Of a stretch of DNA of 48,121 nt, positions 1-9,821 are shown one piece after another. The position numbers and the translations under genes are program-made. This stretch comes from Armatimonadota bacterium (lineage in GTDB: Bacteria > Armatimonadota > UBA10988), in assembly GCA_016235455.1 (NCBI GenBank), contig JACRKZ010000113.1, forward strand, positions 1 to 48,121, given 5' to 3'. Under the pieces are notes generated by a model, which searched no databases, was not told the DNA's origin, and was given only the letters and a program-made list of their open reading frames with translations. Position 1 is the stretch's first letter. The number at the start of each line of letters is the position of its first letter.

Positions 1-2
1 CA

Positions 3-299
3 ATGCTCGCAGAGTTCCTCAATGAGCCGCTCTACGGCTACGAGATGTGGAAGGTCCTGGTCTTCCTGGCCTGCATAGGCATCTTGTCCGTCGTGTCGTG
101 GGTTGCGACTCTGGTATGGATCTGGCGGTCGTCCATGACGCGGGATCAGAAGGCAGTGGCTTCCTGCCTCATCGTCGCTGGCGGCCCACTCAATGCGCTC
201 GCCATGGTGGTCTTTCTGCCGCTGGACATGCTCCTCAAGTGGGCCCGGAGCAGGCGCCAGGCCGACGGCACATGCCACTCACGCCACATCAGCCGCTAG
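3..299 (+). CDS. Small hypothetical membrane protein (2 hydrophobic segments)
   Basis: 98-aa ORF with hydrophobic stretches (VLVFLACIGILSVVSWVATLVWIW; VASCLIVAGGPLNALAMVVFLPL), convergent with the next gene. The start lies at the window edge and could be further upstream. Confidence 0.6.
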   Translation: MLAEFLNEPLYGYEMWKVLVFLACIGILSVVSWVATLVWIWRSSMTRDQKAVASCLIVAGGPLNALAMVVFLPLDMLLKWARSRRQADGTCHSRHISR

Positions 300-326
300 C
301 AGCGCGCAGAGCCCCAGCCGTCACCG

Positions 327-2744
327 TCACTCATACACCAACTGCGCCGTCACCGTCGCGTCATGGTCCGCGCTGACCCGCAGCCACGTGGCATTGAACC
401 CCGCGGGGAACTGGTGCACCAGCGGCTCCCGGTTGGTCATTGTGAACTCGCGGTAGGTCATCCAGTGCCCGTCGCCCGTGGCGTCGACTTCCACCTTCAC
501 CGTCAGCGGCTGGTTGCGGTCGTGCGACAGCGTCAGGCGCTTGCGGTCGTAGCCGGTCATCAGGTACGGGTCGGAAACCTGGCCGGCCTTGACCGCCGTG
601 CCCTGCCAGGGGCCGCCGTGGCCCACGGGCTTGCCCAGTTTCCACAGGTCGTCGGCCACGCCCAGCCAGACCGCCGCCTGGCCGTCCGCCGAGCGCACGA
701 TGTGCTCGCCGCGCGCGCCGGGCACAATGCCGGTCAGCACCACCATGCCGCGGTACGAGCAGTAGTCGGTGATGCGGCGGTTGTGCGTGGCGATGGGCCG
801 CACCTTGGCGAAGCCGCCCGCGTTCTCCGCCGGCAGTTCGTAGAACGTGCCGTGGGCGTTGAACAGGTCGCGCTCGGTGGCCACTTCGCGCGAGATGCGC
901 AGAACGCCCTTGCCAGTGACCGCATCGAACTCGGCAGCGCCACGCGGTAGGCGCCAGCGCGCGCCGGCATCGTCGGTGTAGATGACCGAGGCGGCGTCGA
1001 CCGACAGGATGCCTTGGGGGATGACCGTGTTCTGGCGCGAGTAGTCGGCCGCCGCCGCGTCGTCGACCTTCTTGAGCTTCAAGTTAGCGTCCAACTCGTA
1101 GTAGCCGGTGTCGGTGGTCAGCGCCAGCGTGCGCAGGTTGTCGCCGCGCGTGCGCACCATGCCACCGAGCGCATCCTTGGCGGCGATCGGCGCCAGGCCG
1201 CGGAACATCGGGTCGGCCTCGATGGGTCGCGCGTCGACGCCGCGGTAAGCGAACCACGCCGTTACGCCGGCCGCATCGCTGTGCGGGCGCAGACGCACCC
1301 ACTCGCCGCCGTCAGCGCGGTCGAACTCGACCCAGGTCGCGGCGCCGGCCGGCACGTTCACGTCGCGCAGCGCGCGCCACTGGCCGGTGCCGGCGGCATC
1401 GACCTCGACGGTGACGACCAGGGGCTGCGTGCCCTTCTGAGCCAGATGCAGGCCCCGGTAGCGATAGCCGGCAAAGAGGAACGGGTCGGAGGCCGTATTG
1501 GCCGACACCGGCTCATCGACCCACACGCCGCCACGGCCAAGCACCGGTCCGAGCCGATCGAGGTCGTCGGGGTCGACGAACCACAGGTTGGACTGCGACT
1601 GACCAGGCCCGGCGATCTTGCCCTTGGCCGCGCGCACGTTGAGGAACTCGGACTTGGCCGTATCATCGCAGCCAAAGACCAGGCGGTCCTGCCAGCGCGC
1701 AAAGTCGCCGATGACCTTGAGGTAGTTCGACCGCGGCCGAATGCCCGCCGCATGGCTCGCGGAGAAGTCGCGCGGGAAGCGCCAGAAGCAGCCGTGCATG
1801 GTCATCAGCAGATCGCGCTCGCCAATGGCGCGGATGCGCGGCCACTCAGTGTTCCAGCCATGAGCGCCGTCGTAGCTATGGCTGCTCTTGGGCAGGCGAT
1901 AGCAGGTCCACTTGCCGCCGTCGAGCACCATCAGCATCAGCGAGCGATGGTCCCAGCCCACGCTCCAGATGGGGTCGGTGTCGGGCCGCGGGTTGCCTTC
2001 GATGCCGCCGGGGCCGGTGACTTCGGTGAACTGGTTGCGGCGCACCACCTTCCACGCACCGTCCTTCCACTCGGCCAGGCAGCCCGAGGGAATGAACGGC
2101 TTCTTCAGCGCGTCGGCCGACTGCTCGCCGTTGTTGGCGTAGATAACGCGGCCCTGGCCGGAGTAACCGCCCTTGCCGTGGTAGCCCGGCAGGTCTGAGA
2201 AGGGTAAGCCAACCAGCGCGGTGATCGACGCCGGCGGCTTGTTGGTGTCGGCGTAAAGCGGCTTGACCGCCAATGTGTTGACGTCGACCTCGTACAAACC
2301 CTCCTCCATGGTCGCGTAGTAGACCTTGTGGGCCGGGTCGGTCAGGTGGCGCGCCGTGGCTGTCAGGCGGCCCGGCATGGCCGTGAACGGGATGACGCGC
2401 ACCCGCCGCTGGGCATCGATGACGTACGGGCCGATGAGCAACTGGTTGGTCTCGCGATGGATCAGCCGGTTGGCCGGCGTGCCGCCGATGCTCTCGGGCC
2501 GCACGACTCGCGTCAGGTCGGGTGCGATCTCATACAGCTTGTCGCTGGAGCCATACGGCAGATGCGGGCCGTAGGTGATGACCCAGAGCCGATCGGCGAA
2601 GGGCACCACGGCGCCCGTGCCACACTCGCCCTCGTTGTTGAACATGGCCAGGTGCGGGTAGATGCCCGAGTAGCTGACCGGCTCCGCCGACCAACCCGCC
2701 GTCGCCACAACCATACTGAGCGCCAGGATCCACTTGCCGTTCAT
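327..2744 (-). CDS. Secreted hypothetical protein (~805 aa) with internal duplication
   Basis: C-terminal part of the 327..3359 ORF. Start chosen at [20 protein letters not shown] (signal peptide) because the upstream part is antisense to the sulfatase. Beta-rich sequence with two related modules. Confidence 0.85.
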   Translation of the reverse strand: MNGKWILALSMVVATAGWSAEPVSYSGIYPHLAMFNNEGECGTGAVVPFADRLWVITYGPHLPYGSSDKLYEIAPDLTRVVRPESIGGTPANRLIHRETNQLLIGPYVIDAQRRVRVIPFTAMPGRLTATARHLTDPAHKVYYATMEEGLYEVDVNTLAVKPLYADTNKPPASITALVGLPFSDLPGYHGKGGYSGQGRVIYANNGEQSADALKKPFIPSGCLAEWKDGAWKVVRRNQFTEVTGPGGIEGNPRPDTDPIWSVGWDHRSLMLMVLDGGKWTCYRLPKSSHSYDGAHGWNTEWPRIRAIGERDLLMTMHGCFWRFPRDFSASHAAGIRPRSNYLKVIGDFARWQDRLVFGCDDTAKSEFLNVRAAKGKIAGPGQSQSNLWFVDPDDLDRLGPVLGRGGVWVDEPVSANTASDPFLFAGYRYRGLHLAQKGTQPLVVTVEVDAAGTGQWRALRDVNVPAGAATWVEFDRADGGEWVRLRPHSDAAGVTAWFAYRGVDARPIEADPMFRGLAPIAAKDALGGMVRTRGDNLRTLALTTDTGYYELDANLKLKKVDDAAAADYSRQNTVIPQGILSVDAASVIYTDDAGARWRLPRGAAEFDAVTGKGVLRISREVATERDLFNAHGTFYELPAENAGGFAKVRPIATHNRRITDYCSYRGMVVLTGIVPGARGEHIVRSADGQAAVWLGVADDLWKLGKPVGHGGPWQGTAVKAGQVSDPYLMTGYDRKRLTLSHDRNQPLTVKVEVDATGDGHWMTYREFTMTNREPLVHQFPAGFNATWLRVSADHDATVTAQLVYE

Positions 2745-2891
2745 GAGCGCCTGCCCTTCCACTCCGCGGTGCGACCAGGGTATCATGGCCGGTGGCGACG
2801 CGGTTGTGGCAAAGGTTGCCGGTATCGATCCACCTTTTGCCTTGTTCGGACTTCCGGGCAGCCCGGCGCGCGCAAGGCTTCGGAGAGGCTG

Positions 2892-4370
<1,479 letters not shown>

Positions 4371-4388
4371 AATACGCTATTATGGCTA

Positions 4389-4417
4389 TTGACTAGCATC
4401 TCTATCGATGCAACACT
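4389..4417 (+). promoter_or_regulatory. Putative sigma70-type promoter of the GH35 gene with a palindrome in the spacer
   Basis: TTGACT-17 nt-AACACT within an AT-rich island; the spacer contains GCATC-N6-GATGC. Confidence 0.45.
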
Positions 4418-4493
4418 GGCGCCCGCCGCGTTGGATACGATTGATGGACGCCATGCAGGCGCCTCGACGCGGACCGATCTGGGGACGTGCATC

Positions 4494-6230
4494 ATGAGAC
4501 TGACGGTCGACGACCGCGACTTCCTGCTTGGTGGCCAGCCCATCCGACTGTTGTCGGGGGCCATCCACTACTTCCGCGTGTGGCCGACGTACTGGCACGA
4601 CCGCCTGCTCAAGCTCAAGGCACTGGGCCTCAACACGGTGGAGACCTACGTGCCGTGGAACCTGCACGAGCCACGGCCCGGTGAGTTCGACTTCGAGGGC
4701 ATCCTCGACCTGGTCGGCTTTCTGCGCACCGCGCAAGAGCTGGACCTCATGGCCATTGTCCGGCCGGGGCCGTACATCTGCTCGGAATGGGATTTCGGCG
4801 GCCTGCCGGCCTGGCTGCTGGCCGACCGGTCCATGCGCCTGCGCTGCGCTCACCCCGCTTATCTGGCGGCGGTCGACCGCTTCTTCGACGCGCTCATCCC
4901 GCTGCTCGCACCGTTGCAGTCAACCCAGGGCGGCCCGCTTATCGCGCTGCAGGTCGAGAACGAGTACGGCAGCTACGGCAACGACAAGGTCTACCTGCAG
5001 CACATCGAGGACGGCCTGCGCGCGCGCGGGATCGACTCCTTCCTGCTGACCAGCGATGGCGCCAGCGACTGGATGCTCGAAGGCGGCACGCTGCCGCACC
5101 TGCACAAAACGGCCAACTTCGGCTCCGACGCCGCCGGCCAGTTCGCCAAGCTGCGCGAATGGCAGCCGGCCGGTCCGCTGATGTGCTGCGAGTTCTGGAA
5201 CGGCTGGTTCGACCATTTCGGCGAGCCACACCACGCCCGCGACCCCGAGGACGCGGCCCGGGCCATGGACGATATCCTTTCGGCGGGCGCCTCGCTCAAC
5301 GTCTACATGCTGCACGGCGGCACGAACTTCGGCTACACCGGCGGTGCCAACCACACCGAGGCCTACCAGCCGACGATCAGCAGCTACGACTACGACGCCG
5401 CGCTCGACGAGGCCGGCGACCCGACGCCCAAGTACTGGGCCTTCCGCCGGGTCATGGCCAAGCACACCACGCTGCCCGACATCGACGTCTGCCCGCGCGC
5501 GCCCAAGGGCGCCTACGGCCGGGCGGAGCTGACCGAGACCGCGCCGTTGCTGCCGCAGATCGACCGGCTGTCGACGCCCACCCAATCGGCCGCGCCGCTC
5601 TGCATGGAGGAACTGGGCCAGAACTTCGGCTTCGTGCTCTACCGCGCCACGGTCACCGGCCCGCGCGAGGAGGCCGAGGTCCACCTGCAGGAGGTCCACG
5701 ACCGCGCGCAGGTCTTCCTCGACGGTGAGTACCGCGGCGTGATCTGGCGCAACGGCGGCGAGGAGCCGGTCAACCTGACCATCGGCCCGGGCGAGCACCA
5801 TCTCGACATCCTGGTCGAGGGCATGGGCCGCGTCAACTACGGCCCGCTGCTCGCCGACCGTAAGGGCATCACCGAAGGCATCCGGCTCGGCCAGCAGTTC
5901 ATCTACGGCTGGACCCACTACCCGCTACCGCTCGATGACCTGTCGCCGCTGACCTGGGAGCCGCGAACGGACCAGACCGGTCCCGCCTTCTACCGCGGCA
6001 GCTTCAGCGTCGACAAGCCGCTGGACACCTACGTGGCGCTGCCTGGCTTCACCAAGGGCCTGGTGTACGTCAACGGCTTCAACCTCGGGCGGCATTGGGC
6101 CATCGGCCCGCAGCGCACCTGGTATGTGCCGGGCCCGCTGCTGCGCACAGGCCGCAACGAGGTGGTGGTGTTGGAGCTGCACGAGCCGGGCGAGTCCGTG
6201 GAGTTCCGCGACACGGCCGACCTCGGCTGA
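4494..6230 (+). CDS. Beta-galactosidase, glycoside hydrolase family 35
   Basis: SGAIHYFR, GLNTVETYVPWNLHEP, RPGPYICSEWDFGGLPAWL, QVENEYG (acid/base), EFWNGWFD (nucleophile), YMLHGGTNFG, SYDYDA, GPQRTWYVP. No signal peptide. Confidence 0.96.
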   Translation: MRLTVDDRDFLLGGQPIRLLSGAIHYFRVWPTYWHDRLLKLKALGLNTVETYVPWNLHEPRPGEFDFEGILDLVGFLRTAQELDLMAIVRPGPYICSEWDFGGLPAWLLADRSMRLRCAHPAYLAAVDRFFDALIPLLAPLQSTQGGPLIALQVENEYGSYGNDKVYLQHIEDGLRARGIDSFLLTSDGASDWMLEGGTLPHLHKTANFGSDAAGQFAKLREWQPAGPLMCCEFWNGWFDHFGEPHHARDPEDAARAMDDILSAGASLNVYMLHGGTNFGYTGGANHTEAYQPTISSYDYDAALDEAGDPTPKYWAFRRVMAKHTTLPDIDVCPRAPKGAYGRAELTETAPLLPQIDRLSTPTQSAAPLCMEELGQNFGFVLYRATVTGPREEAEVHLQEVHDRAQVFLDGEYRGVIWRNGGEEPVNLTIGPGEHHLDILVEGMGRVNYGPLLADRKGITEGIRLGQQFIYGWTHYPLPLDDLSPLTWEPRTDQTGPAFYRGSFSVDKPLDTYVALPGFTKGLVYVNGFNLGRHWAIGPQRTWYVPGPLLRTGRNEVVVLELHEPGESVEFRDTADLG

Positions 6231-6240
6231 CCGACTGGCG

Positions 6241-6272
6241 CCCCTGCCGACTGCGTAACCTGCCGGCAGGGG
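6241..6272 (+). terminator. GC-rich hairpin after the GH35 gene
   Basis: CCCCTGCCG...CGGCAGGGG 9-bp inverted repeat 10 nt after the stop; no strong U tract. Confidence 0.5.
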
Positions 6273-6280
6273 TGTGCTTC

Positions 6281-6664
6281 ATGTCGCCGCGCCCGAGCCT
6301 CGCGCCGTTCGTCGTGCTCGTGGCCGGTCTGTCGCTGATCGGCCTGTGCCTTTGCCATGCCGGCGACCACCACGCACGCTCGGGCGATGCGCTGGCCGTG
6401 CTGTGGGGCGGCACCGACCGTGCCGGCCGCTCGTGCGGTCGCATCCGCCGCCGAGCAATCGACCGGGAGTACCAGGTGGTGGGCCTGGTCCGCGCCGAGA
6501 CCGCGCTGAAACTGCTGGCCACTCTGGACGACGCGCGGCCACAGCCTGTGCTACGCTCAACTTGGCACAGGAGGGTGCGCGATGATGGCCGTCCCTCGGA
6601 CCTTGGTCCTGCTCATCCTGGTAGGCTGGGTCGGCGCATCGGCGCTGGCCCAAGCCGGGGCTGA
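6281..6664 (+). other. Possible short or degraded ORF with a hydrophobic N-terminus
   Basis: MSPRPSLAPFVVLVAGLSLIGLCLCHA looks like a signal or TM segment and fills a 350-nt gap, but the frame overlaps the next gene by ~80 nt and has no recognisable domain. Confidence 0.25.
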
Positions 6665-9600
6665 GCCACCGCTTGCCGCCTGGACCTTCGACGGCACGAC
6701 CCAGGGCTTGGAGCCGCTCGGCCTCGACACCCGGGCCGTCGAGCCGCGCTTCGCCGAGGCTGGCACGCTGCCCGGCAGACAGGGCCGGCCGCTGGCGTTG
6801 GGGGTCAAGCCCGGCGACGCTGAGTACCTGGTCGGCCCCGCGCCACGCCTGGGCGCCAACTACACCATTGAGGCCTGGATCCGCCCGACCGAGCTGACCA
6901 CCTGGAACCGTCTGGTGCTCAACTGGGGCGACCAGGGCAGGTTCGCCTATCACCTGGCTCTGCACGACGGACAGGTCAGCCTGGCGCACGGCCTGGCTGG
7001 CGGCCGGTACGTGCTGTGCGAGGGTGGCGACGTCGCCGCCGACCAGTGGCAGCAGGTCGTGGGCGTGGCTGCGCGCAACCCCGATGAGCCGGCAAAGAGC
7101 ACGCTCCGGGTCTTCCTGAACGGGCAGTTGGTGGGCACCTCGCCGTTTGATGGCAGCGCCGGCGACGGGGGCACAGAGCCGCTGGTCATCGGCGACTCGC
7201 TGAGCATGGCCAGCCGCGACCTGCGATTCCGTGGCTATCTTGGCTCCGTGACCCTCTGGGCGCGACCGCTGTCCGACGCCGAGGTGGCCGCACGCTACGA
7301 GCCGCATCGCGCGGAGCTCGAGCGGCTCTACTGCACTGACCCACCGAGGATCGGCGAGATCGTCTTCGCCGAGCGTCAGCCCGGCCGCGACCCCAGCGGC
7401 CACTACTACGCCAACTTCGGCTATGTCTGTACCAATGAGAACGAGTGGCTGCATGGCGCCGACGGCGGCCGCCTGGCCATTCTCAACCCGGCCACCCGCG
7501 GGGTGCGGACGCTGCTGACCGACGACCTGGGCGCCGTGCGCGACCCGCAGGTCCACTACGACGGGCAGCGTGTCCTGTTCTCCTACCGCCGCGGCGGCAC
7601 CCACCACTACAACCTGTACGAGATCAACGTCGACGGATCGGGCCTGCGCCAGCTCACCACCGGAGATTGGGACGATGTGGAGCCGACCTATCTGCCGGAC
7701 GGCGGCATCGCCTTCTGCTCCACCCGCTGCCGGCGCTATGTGCCCTGCTGGATGGCCCCGGTGGCCGTCCTCTTCCGCTGCAACGCCGACGGCACCGGCC
7801 TGCGCCAGCTCTCGTCGGGCGCCGTCGGCGAGAACACGCCCAGCGTGCTGCCCGATGGCCGCATCCTCTACACCCGCTGGGAGTATGTCAACCGGGACGC
7901 CGTCTCCTTCCACCACCTGTGGACCATGAACCCCGACGGTACCCGCGCGACGAACTTCTTTGGCAACCAGTTGCCTGGCGGCGTGTTCATCGACGCCCGG
8001 CCGGTGCCCGAGAGCGACGATGTGCTGTACGTCGACGCCGGCTACCACGGCACCAATGAACACGCGGGCACGCTCATGCGCCTGGATCCCAGGCACGGCC
8101 CCAACGATCCTGCCGCGGCGCAGGCGGTGCTGGGCGGGCGCATCCGCGACCCGTGGCCGCTCTCCTCATCACAGACCGTGGCTGCGCGCGACAACTCGCT
8201 CATCCTGATCGACGGCCGTGGCCAGGCCCGGACCCTCTACCGCGGCCGAATGATGGTGCATGAGCCTCGCCCGCTGGCGCCTCGCCCGCGGGAGCACCTG
8301 ATCGCGCCGCGCATCGACCAGAGCAAAACGACGGGCACGCTGTTCCTGAGCGACATCGCCATCGGCCGCAACATGGCCGGTGTGCGGCCCGGTGCCATCC
8401 GCCGGCTACTGGTCATGGAGGACCTGGCCAAGCCGGCCAACTACCATGGCGGCGGCACGACGCCCATAGCCCATGGCGGCTCCTGGACCCTCAAGCGCAT
8501 CCTCGGCACCGTCCCCGTCGAGCGCGACGGCTCAGCCTTCTTCGAGGTGCCAGCCGGGCGCAGCGTCTACTTTGCCGCGCTCGACGAGAACGACCGCAGC
8601 GTCAAGCAGATGCGCAGCTTCGTCACGCTCCAGCCAGGTGAAACCGCGGGCTGCATCGGCTGCCACGAGAGCCATGACGCCGCCGCGCCGCCGACCCGTG
8701 GCCAGCGCCTGGCGGCCGGACGACCCGCCAGCGTCATCCAACCCATCGCCGGCGTGCCCGAGGTCATGGACTTCCCACGCGATGTGCAGCCCATTCTGGA
8801 TCGGCACTGCCTGCGCTGCCACAACCCGGACCGCGCCGACGGCGGCCTCGACTTGTGCGGCGACCGCGGCCCGGCCTACTCGCTGGCCTACTACAACCTC
8901 ATCCTGCACCGGCAGCTCAGCGACGGCGCCGGCCTGCGGTGGCCAGGCGTCCCGTCGATCGACGGGCGGCCGCTGGGCAACGATGTGCCGTACACCACGT
9001 ATAGCTCGGCCGCGCCGCTGATGGCCAAGATTGACGGCAGCCACCACCTGGCACGGCTGTCTGCCCTCGAACAGACCACAATGCGCCTGTGGATCGACTC
9101 CTCTGCCGTATATGCCGGCACCTATGCCGCCTACGGCACCGGCCAGATAGGCGGTTGGTGGCGCAACAACGAGCCGGTCCGCGAGATGGACGACGCCTGG
9201 CCCTCAACCCGCGCGGCGCGTGACGCCATGACGCGCCGTTGCAGCCCATGCCACGGCAACCGGCTGCCCGTCTCGGTCACCGCTCAGATCGAGATCGACG
9301 GCCAAGGCGATCTCGAAGGTTGGCAGCGCCCGACCAGCCGGTTCTCGCGCCATACCATCTTCAACCTCTCCCGGCCCGAGAAGTCCATCGCGCTGACCGC
9401 GACGCTGGCTCGCGTCGCCGGCGGCTTCGCCGAAGGCCAGGCGCCCGCGGCCCGACCGGTGCCCAGCGACCTGTCAGTCCATCCCCGGCCCGTCACCCAC
9501 GCCGTCATCTTCGCTTCGCGCGACGACCCCGACTATGTCTCCATCCTGACCCACCTCCAGGCGGCCAAGGCTCGCCTCGATGAGATCAAGCGGTTCGATA

Positions 9601-9761
9601 TGCCGGGCTTCCAGCCGCGCTATGAGTACCTGCGCGAGATGAAGCGCGACGGGGTTCTGCCAGCCGACTTCGCGATTGGCACGACGCTGGTCGATGCCTA
9701 CCAACTGGATCAGGCCTACTGGCGGCTGTTCTGGCCTAGACCCAGCGGATCCGCGCCATGA
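6582..9761 (+). CDS. Secreted HzsA-related multihaem protein: LamG-like domain + TolB/PD40-like propeller + hydrazine synthase alpha middle-domain-like region + cytochrome c domains
   Basis: Signal peptide; LamG motifs (YTIEAWIRP, DQWQQVVG, VFLNGQ, FRGYLGSVTLWARPLSDAEV); propeller repeats (YEINVDGSGLRQLT, EPTYLPDGGIAFCSTR, PSVLPDGRILYTRWEY); LGTVPVERDGSAFFEVPA...QPGETAGCIGCHE; three CxxCH (CIGCH, CLRCH, CSPCH). Confidence 0.88.
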   Translation: MMAVPRTLVLLILVGWVGASALAQAGAEPPLAAWTFDGTTQGLEPLGLDTRAVEPRFAEAGTLPGRQGRPLALGVKPGDAEYLVGPAPRLGANYTIEAWIRPTELTTWNRLVLNWGDQGRFAYHLALHDGQVSLAHGLAGGRYVLCEGGDVAADQWQQVVGVAARNPDEPAKSTLRVFLNGQLVGTSPFDGSAGDGGTEPLVIGDSLSMASRDLRFRGYLGSVTLWARPLSDAEVAARYEPHRAELERLYCTDPPRIGEIVFAERQPGRDPSGHYYANFGYVCTNENEWLHGADGGRLAILNPATRGVRTLLTDDLGAVRDPQVHYDGQRVLFSYRRGGTHHYNLYEINVDGSGLRQLTTGDWDDVEPTYLPDGGIAFCSTRCRRYVPCWMAPVAVLFRCNADGTGLRQLSSGAVGENTPSVLPDGRILYTRWEYVNRDAVSFHHLWTMNPDGTRATNFFGNQLPGGVFIDARPVPESDDVLYVDAGYHGTNEHAGTLMRLDPRHGPNDPAAAQAVLGGRIRDPWPLSSSQTVAARDNSLILIDGRGQARTLYRGRMMVHEPRPLAPRPREHLIAPRIDQSKTTGTLFLSDIAIGRNMAGVRPGAIRRLLVMEDLAKPANYHGGGTTPIAHGGSWTLKRILGTVPVERDGSAFFEVPAGRSVYFAALDENDRSVKQMRSFVTLQPGETAGCIGCHESHDAAAPPTRGQRLAAGRPASVIQPIAGVPEVMDFPRDVQPILDRHCLRCHNPDRADGGLDLCGDRGPAYSLAYYNLILHRQLSDGAGLRWPGVPSIDGRPLGNDVPYTTYSSAAPLMAKIDGSHHLARLSALEQTTMRLWIDSSAVYAGTYAAYGTGQIGGWWRNNEPVREMDDAWPSTRAARDAMTRRCSPCHGNRLPVSVTAQIEIDGQGDLEGWQRPTSRFSRHTIFNLSRPEKSIALTATLARVAGGFAEGQAPAARPVPSDLSVHPRPVTHAVIFASRDDPDYVSILTHLQAAKARLDEIKRFDMPGFQPRYEYLREMKRDGVLPADFAIGTTLVDAYQLDQAYWRLFWPRPSGSAP

Positions 9762-9821
9762 CCCACTTCGCCGACACATGTCGTGGCCGCTATGTGCTAG
9801 CATTCCCACTGACCTGCGAGG

